NCBI GenBank assembly: GCA_951406725.2
Contig: OX597824.1
Span: 70,308,001 to 70,372,000, forward strand
Direction of reading: 5' to 3'
DNA: 64,000 nucleotides
Origin: Octopus vulgaris
Taxonomy: Eukaryota
Shown here piece after piece: positions 14,618-28,770 of this stretch (its first letter is position 1; each line of letters starts with the position of its first letter). Below the pieces are notes generated by a model that was given only the letters and a program-made list of their open reading frames with translations, had not been told where the DNA came from and ran no database searches. The translations under genes and the position numbers were made by a program.

Positions 14618-15070
14618 CAGGGTGCTGCGAATAAACTGTTGTCTAAATTACGCAAAATTGAAAATACCAATGACATCTCATTTTAACAGATATATTTACT
14701 AAAATTACATAAAAATGTCTTGAAATACTAAAGAGTAAATATATTCAATAAAATCGCCATTGGTTTCAACCAAGGTCTTTAGACAAGTTCAGAATCTCCT
14801 ACAGCTCTTCTGGATAGTCTCCTTGTTTAAGTTGGTGAATGCTGCATTAACCCTTGCCTTCAGTTCATCTTTGGTGTTGCAAGGAGTTTTGTTGGCCTCT
14901 TGCCCAACTGCACTGCTCACGTAATAGTCAACGGGCTTGCAGTCTGACAAGATGTTAGCAGTGATGTGGTCGCAAAAATTGTATGATAGTCATGACTGGA
15001 TTCTCCTGCTTGTGTGGCAAGGTGCATAGTCCTGTTGTCAGGCATAGGGTCTTTCAGCAGCCACCCTCTC
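14618..15070 (-). mobile_element. Tc1/mariner-superfamily relic: C-terminal transposase pseudogene plus probable terminal repeat
   Basis: Minus frame 15070-14741 reads ...Y A * Q Q D Y A P C H T S R R I Q S * L...D C K P V D Y Y V...D E L K A R V...L V E T N G D F I E, a degenerate form of QQDGAPAH...DLNPLDY...GGxIE. TA-CAGGGTG end at ~14616. Confidence 0.8.
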
Positions 15071-15097
15071 TCTTAATTCAGGGCAGCCCTACCTCAG

Positions 15098-15348
15098 AGG
15101 ATTCCTTTCACGCTAGAAGGAACAGCTAAAATATCCAAACCAATATTAGGAATAAAATCTCGTAGGGATGAAAAATAAAAACATTTACCATCTATTTCCT
15201 GGACCATGGTTTTTGACTCTTATTTGCTAAAAAAGAGTCAGAAACCATGGTCCAGGAAGTAGATGTTTTTATTTTTCATTCCCTTCGAGTTTTTATCTCT
15301 AATAGTGGTTTGGATTTTAGCTGTTCCTTCTAGCATGAAAGGAATCCT
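15098..15348. repeat. ~250-bp imperfect palindrome (fold-back)
   Basis: AGGATTCCTTTCACGCTAGAAGGAACAGCTAAAA...CCTGGACCATGGTTTTTGACTCTT pairs with AAGAGTCAGAAACCATGGTCCAGG...TTTTAGCTGTTCCTTCTAGCATGAAAGGAATCCT; loop of about 10 nt. Confidence 0.9.
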
Positions 15349-15397
15349 ATGACGGATACCTCTTATGTGTTTAAATGTACACTGTATTTATACATAC

Positions 15398-15531
<134 letters not shown>

Positions 15532-15556
15532 CATATATATATACACATATATACAT

Positions 15557-15620
<64 letters not shown>

Positions 15621-16054
15621 GTATATATATATTTACACATTATATATATATTAGCTACAAACACCAATATACACACACACACACATATATATATATGTAT
15701 ATGTGTGTGCGGAGAGAGAGAGAGAGAGATCCATATACTTTTATAAATACAGCTACATACATATGCCAAAACATGCATACCATACATATTAAGTCAACTA
15801 AAATATATATACAGGAGAAAAAAAATTAAGAGAATAATAAAACCAATTTATATACACTTTTGACATTTTCTCAACATCATACATGGAAAACATACTACTG
15901 CCGCCATTTAAGAGACTGCACTGCCAACTGACTGGGAATATTCTTGATATAGCCAATCATCATCATCATTATTAGAATCATCACTGTTCAGATGATGATG
16001 TTGATGATGATGATGATGACAGCGATGACGGTGGTTGTTGTTGTTATTATTAAA

Positions 16055-16511
16055 CGGCGAGCTGGTAGTCATTAATTAGCATGCTGGGCAAAATGCTTAG
16101 GGGTATTTCATCTTGTCTCTACGTTCTGAGTTCAAATTCCGCCGAGGTCGATTTTGCCTTTCATCCTTTCAGGGTCGATTAAATAAGTACCAGTGAAACG
16201 CTGGGGTCAAATAATCAACTATCCCCTCCCTCAAAATGGCTGCCTTTGTGGAAAAATTTGAAACTATTATTATTATCATTATTATATATATTAATATTAT
16301 TAAGGTGGTGAGCTGGCAGAATCGTGAGCACACCAGGCGAAATGCTTAGTGGTATTTTGTCCATTCTGAGTTCAATTTCTACCGAGGTTGACTTTGCCTT
16401 TTATCTTTCCAGGGGTCAATAAATTAAGTACCAGCAAAACACTGGGGAAAATGTAATCAACTTACTCCCCTCACCTGAAAATACTGGTCTTGAGTCAAAA
16501 TTTGAAACCAC

Positions 16512-16557
<46 letters not shown>

Positions 16558-16860
16558 ATCATTATTATTATTATTATTAATATTATTAATAATAATAATA
16601 ATAATAATAATGATAATAGTATTGTTATTGTTGTTAACAGAATCTTCAGAACATTCTATAATATAGAGGGAAAACAATGTTTTGCAATATTTCTTCCGGT
16701 TCTTTAGATTCTGAGTTCAAATCCAGTAGAGGGTCAGCTGTGTCTTTCATTCCCCCCCTCCCCCGTGGTGATATAATAAACTATCTGTAGAGTATTGAGT
16801 ACAGTGTAATTTGATTAAGCCCAAGCCCACAAATTTCGTGCCTTCTGCCTATGCTTGAAG
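16055..16860 (+). mobile_element. Head-to-tail cluster of three family-B SINEs separated by TAT/AAT tracts
   Basis: The TTCTGAGTTCAA...GGTC...CTTT.ATC block recurs at ~16125, ~16365 and ~16710. Confidence 0.75.
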
Positions 16861-17374
16861 CAAGTCTGATTATTATTATTTATATATTAATCAAGACCAT
16901 GATGTTTTGGTGGTGTTATGAATGTGTGTGCATGCATGACTGCTTTTGTGTATGTATGTATATATGTATGCATGTTTGTATGTATGTATGCAAGCATGAA
17001 TGAATGTATGCATCTCCTGATGTATGTGTGTGTTCAAAATATCATAAAGTAGAGACGTTATATAAATGTGTGCGTCAATATAGATAGACACACATACACA
17101 CATATATATGTATAAGAGATCTATATGTGTGTATATGTATAGCATAATATACGCTTGTGTCTGTTGTATATAAATATCACAACGTAGAGACTTATGCGAG
17201 TGTGTTTATAGGTTGTGTGTGATGTCTTACTTTATGATATTTATACACACAAATATACAAAAATACACACACACACATGATAAATTTTTGTCATACACAT
17301 TGATATGCATATGCACCATATATCTTATAGAGATATATCAATAATATCAATATCAACATTAAATGAATAAATAA

Positions 17375-17415
<41 letters not shown>

Positions 17416-17429
17416 TATACATATATATG

Positions 17430-17490
<61 letters not shown>

Positions 17491-18075
17491 GTATATATAT
17501 ATATGTATATATATGTATGTATGTATGTATGTATATTGATATCCGATCTTCTGTTTTCCCATCCTTCTTACACAACAAAGGACACCTCTACATAAGGAAC
17601 ACACAGAAACATACAAAAAAAAAAAAAAGAACCCTAGATTAGCAAACACCTATGAAGAATTTATCCATTTATCCATTTCGATTCGAAATTTGATAATCCG
17701 ATACAATTGAACCATTTTTTATTTCTATTTTGTCTTTTGTCTTTTTTTTAACATTTTTTTTTTATTTTACCGATTCTTCAAATTTCAGTTCATTTTTTTA
17801 ACTTTATTTTTTTTTTCTTTCTATTTCTTCTGAAATTTTTATTTATTTATTTCAGTTTTTTTTTTTTCAGAATTGTGTTTTGGTTATCTTGTGTTCTTGT
17901 TGTGGTGATTGTATTTTCTTTTGTTTCCTTGTCATACTACACTAAGAAAAATAAAATTTTACAAAAAAACAAAAAAAGAAAAGAAAAAAAAAACCCTCTT
18001 CACCCTTGCTATATATGTATTGCTGTCTCTATTCTGCACCGCCACCACCACCACCACCACCACCGCCACGACTAC

Positions 18076-18205
18076 TGTGTTTACTTCATAAATCTTGACG
18101 TGTTTACACAATTAATCTCATGTGTTTACACAATAATAAGCCGGTGTGCTTATTTTATTACCATCTGACATGTTTATTCGATAATCTGATGTGTTTACTC
18201 TTAAA
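18076..18205. repeat. Six ~23-bp degenerate units, each starting with a TGTTTAY-like motif
   Basis: TGTTTAC at 18078, 18101, 18123 and 18192; TGTTTAT at 18171; TGCTTAT at 18147. Confidence 0.7.
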
Positions 18206-18416
18206 TCCCGCAGTCGCGTTTGATGTTCTTCCTCGATGATGATGGCTACCACAACGCTTCGTGCTTCTAACCTACTTCATCTATCTCTCTCTCCCTCTCT
18301 CTCTCTCTATGTTTGTGTGTGTGTGTGTGAATGTACTGGTAATATAATGATGTGCCTAAGAAGGTAGATAATAGATATGTGTGTATGTGTATGTATCTCA
18401 GTATGTGTGTGTGTGC

Positions 18417-18456
<40 letters not shown>

Positions 18457-18581
18457 ATATATATATGTATGTATATATATATATGTATGTATTATATATA
18501 TATATATATATGTATGTATTATATATATATATGTATGTATTATATATATATATATATATGTATTATATATATATATGTATG

Positions 18582-18625
<44 letters not shown>

Positions 18626-18727
18626 TATATATATATATATATGTATATTTGTATACATATGTATGGTGTTGTATACCATGCATGTTTATCTGTGCATATA
18701 TCTATATATTTATCTATAAGAAATGTG

Positions 18728-18779
<52 letters not shown>

Positions 18780-19259
18780 GGTGTTGAGTACCGTATGTGT
18801 CTGTGTAAAGGTAGGCCAGATAAGTATGTGTATGCATATGTATGTATATGTGTGCATGTCTATATGTGTACATGCGGTATAAATAAATGTTTTATGTGTA
18901 TTCACTCAATAATATCCGCCATGTTTTCTTCTTCTCTTCCTCGCCCCCCCCCCCCAGCATCCCTACCATCACCATCACCATCACTACCACCACCACCCTG
19001 CCACCGCAGCCGCAGCTAAAAACCACCACCTCACCTACTTTTTATCACACTCTAAATCTATAAACCCCTATGCAGTTAGCTTTTATTGTCTTTGCTGGTG
19101 GAGGCCATAAAAACATTCTGTTTAATCTGAACGATGACGATGACGCTGCTGTCGTCGGCAACGCTGACGACGGAGAGACGCCCCGCAACAACAAGAAGGA
19201 AGAGTGTGTGTTTTTAGATGAGAAGAAATCTATACATCTATATCTATCTATTTATCTAT

Positions 19260-19312
<53 letters not shown>

Positions 19313-19829
19313 GATACATATATATATATATAAATATATATATACACACACATATATAAATATATATATATACACACACATACACACATATATAGAGACA
19401 GATATATATTGTGCTCCAGCTCTAAAAACATTTTTATATGTCTAGACTATGTTAGCATATATTATTATCATCATCTCTCTATCTAGTTATGTGTTTAATC
19501 TGCACTTACAGTTTAGATTCTAAACAGTAATGTGTTTAATTGTTTATATATACATACAATACTATATATATATATATATTAGCGAGCTATATAGTCACTG
19601 CAAGCAGTGAAAAAATATGTTTTATCTGTTAAATGGTCTAAGACTGAACTCCTACATAATGTAATCTTCTCTGATGTTGCTTTTGTTTATGATCTATAAA
19701 GACATGTCTCATTTATTTATTTACTTATTTAGGGTTTTTTCCTTACTTTTTTTTTCTATTTATTCTTAACTGTCATGTATTATTTCTTCTTTGGTGTGTG
19801 TGTGATATGGACTGTATAAATATAAAGTT

Positions 19830-20340
19830 GTGGTGTGTTTAGCCTCTGAAATGGACGGCTATAAACTGTAGGTTGTGTGATGTGTTTAGCTTGTGAAATG
19901 GACATTGACAAACTGAAGGTCGTGTGAAGTGTTTAGCTTGTGAAATAGACATCTATAAACTGTAGATAGTAATGTGTTTAGCCAGTGAAATAGGTGACAA
20001 TAAAGTTCAAGTTTTGTGTGATGTGTTTAGTCTCTGAAATGGACAGTTATAAACCATATGGAATAAGGTGTTTAGCTCATGAAATGGACATCTATAAACT
20101 TTAGGTTGACATGTTTAGCTTGTGAAATGGGTGACTATAAACTGCAAGCTGTGAAGAATTTAGCTTGTGAAATAGACAACGTATTGTGAATTCACATGTG
20201 TTTGGTTTGTCATAAGAACTACACATTACAAGTTGGTATGTGTTTAGCTGTTTTAGGGACAATAGACAGAAGATTTGGATGTGTTTAGCTTGTGAAATGG
20301 ACAATATATAATGTAAGTGATATGTTTAGCTTGTCCACAG
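19830..20340. repeat. Degenerate minisatellite, about 12 units of 41-49 bp
   Basis: The core GTGTTTAGCTTGTGAAATGGAC recurs, followed by variants of ATCTATAAACTGTAGGTTGTGTGAT. Confidence 0.85.
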
Positions 20341-21029
20341 AACTGCTTCAGTAGCACTGTAGGCAAATCAATTCACCATAGCAAATCAATGCCATGGACT
20401 GTGCCCTATAGTATCTATTTACTGACAGCAAACCACATCATACATGGGTCTGAATTGGACCCCAAGATCTGTGGAGCCACTGGGCAACTACCCAGTATGC
20501 CCATACCTCAAGATAGCCCTGCTTCTCAACAGTAACACTTTGGCTTCTGAGTGTTTAGGTAATGATGAGTTTACTTGTGATATGTCCACCTTGTCATTGC
20601 AGCGATGTGTTTTCAGCTTCTGATGATGTGCAAATGTGAGTGTGTACATGTATTCAGTCAAGTCTCGATTTATTGTGCTTAATTTGTGATAATGACTACA
20701 TAATGTCTGCAGCGTATGTATATATACATATATACTAAAGACTGAGTAAGTATATATATATATATATACACACACATACGTATATATGAGTTACAGGTTA
20801 GACAACCATCTAAGGGATAATAAATATCCAATATACTACTGGATGTATACCTATATATATATGTCCAAATGCATACTCTTGCAAGGCAATAGTGCAATTG
20901 AATAATAGGTATGTGTGGAGGTAAACAAGTTTTACCAGAATTTATAAGGCAAGGAAGAAAATGGAGAAGGTAATTGACAAACATCAGCTAGATTCATTTA
21001 TTAATTCATTACAAACATTTGAATATGAA

Positions 21030-21060
<31 letters not shown>

Positions 21061-21641
21061 GAATAAATGAGTGAATATAACTCTACTCTTACAGCTGTGT
21101 CTACTATAGGGGTCCAGCATGCCAAAGATGACACATCATACCAATATTATACAAAAAGTGTACAAAAACAGATGTAAGAGTATAGTTATATTCACTCATT
21201 TATTCTTATTTATTTATTCATATTCATATGATTGTAATGAATTAATAAATGGATCTAGGTGTTGTTCGGAAGCTGATGTTTGTCAATTAATTATCTTCTC
21301 CATATTCTTCCAATATATATATATATATATTGCTAAAGACTGAAGAAGTAAATTTTCAAGATTACATGTTTCAACAAATAAGTATGTAATCTTGGCAATA
21401 ATTTGACAAAACATGTATATGATTTATAAAGCATAAAATGCTACACGTTTTCGATGTTTCTAGATCAATATCTGAGAATCCTGATAGACTGTCACACTAG
21501 ACAGATGTGGTATTTTCAAACCTTTTTACCATAAGAGAACTATGGTAACTGTGGTGAATTTGCTTTTTAGCAATTGAACTGTGTCATAGATATATTTTAA
21601 ACTAACCTCAACTTTGCACACACACACACACATGTATATAC

Positions 21642-21764
21642 AAAATTAAGAGGGATGACTACTAAAGTGGACACCTAATATGCTAAACATAAATGTCAAA
21701 TCACCATTACTGTCTATGTTTAGCATATTAGGTGTCCACTTTAGTGGTCATTCCTCTTAATTTT
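21642..21764. repeat. Inverted repeat, 50-bp arms with a 23-nt spacer
   Basis: AAAATTAAGAGGGATGACTACTAAAGTGGACACCTAATATGCTAAACATA / TATGTTTAGCATATTAGGTGTCCACTTTAGTGGTCATTCCTCTTAATTTT. The right flank resembles the reverse complement of ~61770-61880. Confidence 0.9.
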
Positions 21765-21864
21765 ATATGTAACATAATTTTTAATCTTCAGATTTTTTAA
21801 ATATGCTAAGCCACTGGTTTTAATTGATTAATATCAATTTCTACCCTTATTATATATATACCCT

Positions 21865-21920
<56 letters not shown>

Positions 21921-21992
21921 GATGAATGGCTTTTAGTTTCTGTCTACTAAATCCACTCACAAGACTTTGTTCTGCTGAGGGTACAGTGAAAG

Positions 21993-22047
<55 letters not shown>

Positions 22048-22645
22048 GTGTGTCCATACACACAAACAGACACCACATACACATAAGGATAGATGCATAT
22101 ATGAATGGGTGGATAAACAAACCAACAGACAGATAGATAGTTACAGATAGAGAAACCTGCTTATATATATATATATATATGTAAATATGTAAATGTATGC
22201 ATATGTGACTATGCATGTATGTATTTATATAGTAGGTGTATGTAAATATGTATGTATGCATGTATATATGTATTTTGTGAGTGGACAGGATAAATAGCCA
22301 GAAACAAACTGTTACAGTCACACAGGAATAAACAATAATTCTAACTATAATGCTTAATTATCAAAGACAATTCAAGTACTTAATTAGAAATAACAGTTTA
22401 ACGAAAACATGTGATATACAAGCAATTAGTTGTAGAAAATATTTTCAAAGTCTTCATATTAAATAAACAGGCTTTTGTTTGTCTTTGCTCTCTTGTCTCT
22501 TGTTTTGTTTTTGTTATTATTTAGATAAGTGTCTGGGCTAAAATATTGCCAACATATATTAGAATGGAAAATATAATAACTTCAATTTTTGTTAGCAATA
22601 ATTACAAATAACAATTATTTTCACATCCCCCACTACCTCACACAA

Positions 22646-22685
<40 letters not shown>

Positions 22686-23636
22686 AAAAAATATATATAA
22701 AATACAAAATGGGACAAGAACACAAAACACTCAAATAGACGACACAAAAAACGGATGGGTCATTCGAAGCCTCTAATCTTCAGTCAAGAACTGGATCATC
22801 CTCGCAATTTCGGCTGATTAATCATATATATATATATATATATATTAGGCGTGGATGTGTGGTAAGAGGTTTGCTTCCCAACTGCACGGTTCTGGGGTCA
22901 GTCCTACTGCATGGCACCTTGGGCAAAGTGTCTTTTACTATATAGCCTTGGGCCAACCAAAGCCTTGCGAGTGGATTTGGTAGATGGAAACTGAAAGAAG
23001 CCCATCATATGAATGTGTGTGTGTTTGCATGTATGCTTCTGTGTCTGTGTTTGTTCCCTACCTCCACTGCTCAACAAACATACCTTAGATATCACCAAAT
23101 TCATTCAATCTTAATTTTAGGAAGATTTAGACACAAACATTATTGATTAAACTACAACAAAGAAACTACATTTACTCTATGTACAAAAACAGTATCGGTA
23201 AATTAATTCTATAAGTAAACCTATAACTAACTCCTAAATTATCAAACTAAACAGCAACCTGCCCCTTGAAGTCCGTACAGAAATGTATATATGAATATAT
23301 GTATGTATGCATGGATGGTGGATGGATGGATGGAGCATGAATTAACCTAAAATTTTCATGGAAGGTTTTAGTGTAGATCACTGGTACTCTGTTGGTTATG
23401 ATGACAAGGGTTCCAGCTGATCCGATCAAATGAACAGTTAGAGCCTCCACAGACATGTGTACCCTTAATGCAGATCTCAGGGAGATTCAGCATGACAAAG
23501 AATGTGACAATGATGGCCCTTTGAATAATTAAAGGTACAATTCATTTTTACCAGCTGAGTGGACTGGAGCAACATGAAATAAGGTGTCTTGCTCAAGAAC
23601 ATAACATGCCACCTGGAATCAAATGCACAAATTTAC

Positions 23637-23687
<51 letters not shown>

Positions 23688-23741
23688 CACACATGCTTTA
23701 CTTATGTATATACACACACACACATACATACACACATGCTT

Positions 23742-23776
<35 letters not shown>

Positions 23777-23780
23777 AAGA

Positions 23781-24245
23781 CAAGAGTAAGGCCCCTGCAT
23801 TCAATTGTAACCGAACAACAAATGAAAATGGCGGGACACATACTAGGACTGCCAGAGATGAGGCTTGTCAAAATAACCATGGACACATGGAATAATACCT
23901 ATTCCTTTATTACCCACCACATAGAGGGGACAAACAAGGACAGACATAGGTATTAAGTCGATTACATTGAACCCAGTGCGTAACTGGTACTTAATTTATT
24001 GACCCCGAAAGGATGAAAGGCAAAGTCGACCTCGGCGGAATTTGAACTCACAACGTAACGGCAGACGAAATACCGCTAAGCATTTCGCCCGGCGCGCTAA
24101 CGTTTCTGCCAGCTCGCCGCCTTAGAATACCTTCAAAGAATAATACCTTCAAAGAAAACTTATGCAGATGGAACATCACCTGGGTAGAAGCATACCAGTT
24201 GGCCAGAGACAGAGATAATTGGCAATCACTAACTGCCCAAAGGCA
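23781..24245 (+). pseudogene. RTE-like LINE ORF C-terminal fragment split by a SINE
   Basis: [30 protein letters not shown] before the SINE and TFKENLCRWNITWVEAYQLARDRDNWQSL after it, the GH...W..A..LA.DR..W pattern of RTE C-termini. Confidence 0.6.
23901..24122 (-). mobile_element. tRNA-derived SINE, family B, young copy inserted in an RTE-like LINE fragment
   Basis: Minus strand GGCGGCGAGCTGGCAGAAACGTTAG...GAGTTCAAATTCCGCCGAGGTCGACTTTGCCTTTCATCCTTTCGGGGTC. Other copies lie near 7410-7545, 41085-41285 and 60110-60316. Confidence 0.85.
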
Positions 24246-24787
24246 CCAACAGACCTAAGAAGAATATATATATATATATATATATATAATATAACTAATT
24301 AGAATACATATGTGTGTATGTGTATACACACACACACACACACAAAGAGAGAGTGTGTGTGTGTCAGTGCGAGAGAGTGTGTGTGTGTCAGACAACTAGA
24401 TAGCGTATCTTCCTTTCAATCTAGTCTCTGATATCTTTTTCTTTCTGCCTCCTCTACCATCCCTCCATCCATCCATCTACCCCTTCCACTAGAAGTTCAT
24501 GGGATGGTACAGTATCATCCTCCACTTGCACAAATCACCCCCTACTCTGCCGTGATAATCAGGGGACAATTATTACATTAGGCTATAATCCTCTTAAGAT
24601 TAAGATAACAGACAGACATCTGAAAGAGATTCACTTTAAGAAAGAAAGCTTTCGATCCAGAGCTTAACCACAAGTAGATCTCCTTGGAAAATTAAAGGCT
24701 ATCAAAAGGATTTGTAAGAGAAGCACAATACACAACAAGTATGTATGCATGTATGTATGTATGTATGTATATACATACAAACATACA

Positions 24788-24828
<41 letters not shown>

Positions 24829-25494
24829 ATACATACAAGTATAAAATATACATGTCCATGCATGTCATATACATTAGATATAGTGACATTTTACATCCAC
24901 ACAGACACATATAACCGTATACTATATATATTTATACACACACACATAAATACATATAAATATATATATATGTATATATACATATATACATACATATATA
25001 TAAACATATTTATGTATATAATGCTACATACATACATATATATATACAGACACATATATATGTATATATTGCCATTATATATATATATAATATATACACA
25101 TATATACATATACAGACATACATGTGCATAGAGATATATGCATACACATGAATATATATATATATATATATATATAAATATACACACATACACACGTGCA
25201 AATATATGTGCACATACATACACAACATATATACATATACACACACATTCACGTATATATATATATATATTGTCCTCTACTAATTAACTGAAGGCGTTGA
25301 GAGTGGCAGTACTGGCTGTAGTGAAAGCAAATGTCCTGATGGTGAGAGGGATAATGGTGATGTGGCAGCTGTAATTGAAAGAGTTAGAGGACAGGGTGAG
25401 GAAAGTGTGAATGTACTCGTGTATATGTAAGTGCATGTGTGTGTGTGTGTGTGTATGCATGTGTGTGTGTCTACATGCACATGTGTATTTGTAT

Positions 25495-25899
25495 TACTCT
25501 TTACTCTTTTACTTGTTTCAGTCATTTGACTGCGGCCATGCTGGAGCACCACCTTTAGTCGAGCAAATCGACCCCGGGACTTATTCTTTTGTAAGCCCAG
25601 TACTTATTCTATCAGTCTCTTTTTCCGAACCGCTAAGTGACGGGGACGTAAACACACCAGCATCAGTTGTCAAGCAACGCTAGGGGAACAAACACAGACA
25701 CGCAAACACACACGCATATATACATATACATATATACGGCAGGCTTCTTTCAGTTTCTGTCTACCAAATCCACTCACAAGGCATTGGTCGGCCCGGGGCT
25801 ATAGCAGAAGACACTTGCCCAAGATGCCACGCAGTGGGACTGAACCCGGAACCATGTGGTTGGTTAGCAAGCTACTTACCACACAGCCACTCCTGCGCC
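25495..25899 (-). mobile_element. tRNA-derived SINE, family A, young full-length copy
   Basis: Reverse complement aligns with 14112-14490 and 54408-54790. More diverged copies lie near 4135-4490, 7100-7400, 12390-12770, 22848-23070 and 46140-46775. Confidence 0.85.
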
Positions 25900-26129
25900 T
25901 ATATGTGCATGTTTCAAGATGATCAACATGGTGGTATTGTCTGTCAGTTGGTGAACTGGTTGTGAGGCGTTTGGGTGGATCATAGAAGTAACCAGGTGGT
26001 GGTGGTGGTGGTGGCTACGATGCATGTGTACATGTGTGTGTAGTTGGAATGAAGATGGCATAACTGCATGTTTCTTGTAATTTCCACACACACATACATA
26101 TGATACATATTTCATAACTACTATACAGC

Positions 26130-26336
26130 AGTCGCATTAGCACATCAGGCAAAATACTAAGTGACATTTCATCTATATTCATGCTCTGAGTCCAAGTTCT
26201 GCCAAGGTTGATTTTGCCTTTCATCCTTTCGGGGTCAATAAAATCAGTACCAGTGAAACACTGGGGTTGATGCAAAATTTCAGGCCATATGCCTTTAGTA
26301 GAAAGGATTATTATTATGATTATTATGATTATTATG

Positions 26337-26381
<45 letters not shown>

Positions 26382-27930
26382 GTGGCATGCTGGCAGATGC
26401 ATTAGTACGTCAGGTAAAATGCTTGGCAGCATTTTGTCTGTCTTCACCTTCTGAGTCCAAACTTTGCTGAGATTGATCTTGCCTTTCATCCTTTCGGGGT
26501 CACTAAAATGAGAATGACTTGAAGACTGGGGTTGATGTAATCATTTTGTCCCCGCCCTTGAACTTATCACCACCACCATCTTCACCATCACCATCATCAT
26601 TATCATTATTTTATCAACCTCAAAGGGATGAAAGGCAAAACTGACCTTAGCAGGATTTGAACTCAAAAGTAAAGAACTGGAATTAAAAGCCTTGCAGAGC
26701 CTTATTTTGTCCGACTCGCTAATGATTCTGCCAATCCAACGCCTTAATAATTTCTAATTAAGACACAAAGCCTCAAATTTTAGGGGAGAGGGGTTAGTTG
26801 ATTAAACGAACACCAGTAATTGAATGACAGCAATGAAAGGACAAAGCTGACCTGTGATTTGAACTTCAAACATTATGAGCTGGAACAAGTGCTGCTACAG
26901 CATTTTGTTCAGTGTCCTAACAATTCTACAAATCCAAAAGAACAACAACAGTAACAATAATAATGGTTTCAAATCTTGGCACAATGCCAGCAACTTTAGA
27001 GGAGAAGATCAGTAAATTGCATTGACCAATGAGTGATCCATTGGTACTTATTTTGTCAAGTCTAAATGGATGAATGGCGAAGCTAAATTAGGCACCATTT
27101 AAACACAGAATGCAAAGAACAAGAAATGGCACTAAGCATTTTGTTTGATGCACTAACGATTCTAACAGCTCACCACTGCCATAATAGTAATAATCCTTTC
27201 TACTAGAAGCACAAGGTCTGGAAATTTGGTGGGGGAGGCGACTAGTGGATTACATTGATCCCAGGGTAAAAATGGTGCTTATTTCATCGACCCTCCAAAA
27301 GGATGAGAGGCAAAGTCAACCTTGGCGGAATTTGAACCCAGAACATTTAAGACAGACGAAGGGGGCTAGTCGATTACAACAACCCCAGTGTCTCACTGGT
27401 ACTTAATTTATTGACTCCAAAAGGATAGATGGCAAAGTTGACCTCAGCAGAATTTGAACTCAGAGTGTAAAGACAGACGAAATACCTATTTCTTTACTGG
27501 CCACAAGGGGCTACACACAGAGGGGACAAACGGATTAAGACAGACAAATGGATTAAGTCGATTATATGGACCACAGTGCATAACTGGTACTTATTTATTC
27601 GACCTCGAAAAGATGAAAGGCAAAGTTGACCTTGGTGGAATTTGAACTCAGAACGTAGCGGCAGACGAAATACCACTAAGCTTTTCGTTCAGGAGGAGGA
27701 GGACGACGATGGCTTCTGATTCAAACACAAGTCCAGTAATTTTGAAGGAAAGGGACCAGTCAATATCAAATACCTCAGTATTTGACTGGTTCATTATCTT
27801 ATCAACTCTGGAGGCATGAAAGGCGAAGTTGACCAGAGTAGGATTTGAACTCAGAACATAGAATGCCCTTAACTAAAAATCACAAGGCATTATTTTATCC
27901 AATGCTCCAATGGTTCTTCCACTCCACCAC
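26130..27930. mobile_element. Dense cluster of about nine family-B SINE copies or fragments, two on + then the rest on -
   Basis: Recurrent TTGCCTTTCATCCTTTCGGGGTC (+) and ATGAAAGGCAAAG...TTTGAACTCAG (-) blocks. Confidence 0.75.
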
Positions 27931-28491
27931 CCTCCAACATCTTAAAAACAACAGGAGTAATCTTGATCTTTAGCATAAACCACAGATCACATGCTGGTTA
28001 ATTGTATCAAGTTATATCAAACCCAAAATATATATATATTTTATCAACCCCAGAAGGATAAATTTTTGAGCTCCTGTGCTGATTTGAACAGAGAAGATTT
28101 AAAGGGGGTTTAGCTCAAGGCTAAAAGGTACTTTGTATGTCACCCTCTGATTTCTTCTTCTTACATGCTACGGCTATAAGGTGGAGCAGGTTTCAAAGTC
28201 TACTCTATCTTTTGCGATAAACACGGGGACAAAAGTACACAATGTGATAGATAGGAGAGTGAGTACAGGGACAGTGAGTGCGAGCGAGAGTTGAGTGTGT
28301 GAGTGAGAGTGAGTTGTGTGAGTGAGAAAGAGTGAGAGAGATATGGTTAGACAGCCTAAAGATAACTGAGCTTAGGGAAGGTGGAAGTAGAAGAGACAGA
28401 GATGTAGATAGATAAAGGCAGAGAATGATAGAGAACATACAATAATGGTATATATATGTAATGTGTATGTGTGTGTACATGTATACAAAAT

Positions 28492-28686
28492 GTGACCGCA
28501 TGTGTACCGTTGGCGATTTTTTTCCCCCGTCTTCCCTCCTCTGGATCTTTCCTTCTCCTATGTTTCCGGCGAAGAGCTCTGCTCGAAACGTTAAACCCTC
28601 CTTCCTTCCTGAGCGTCCAATAATACTATATTTGTTCCATGTCCTCGCGTTGTTGTGTTTTTTTGTGCTTTCTTGTTTGGATTAAC
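28492..28686 (+). mobile_element. Second copy of the hammerhead-bearing repeat; core mutated to CCGGCGA (28562-28596)
   Basis: Aligns along its length with 51724-51924. Confidence 0.7.
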
Positions 28687-28770
28687 CATATATATACATA
28701 TATTTACATTTGTATATATATATATATACATACACATACACACACACACGTACACATATAATATATATAT

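Noticed and set aside
19830-20340. CRISPR-like repeat/spacer appearance
   Set aside because: The repeats are degenerate, the linkers are related to each other, there are no cas genes and the context is an animal intron; it is a minisatellite.
21642-21764. Pre-miRNA-like hairpin
   Set aside because: The near-perfect 50-bp arms and the flank shared with ~61770-61880 indicate a repeat-derived inversion; no miRNA was recognised.
22745-22825. CTGAAGA and CGAAA motifs on minus suggesting another hammerhead
   Set aside because: The motifs are in the wrong order for a type-I fold and no consistent helices could be drawn.
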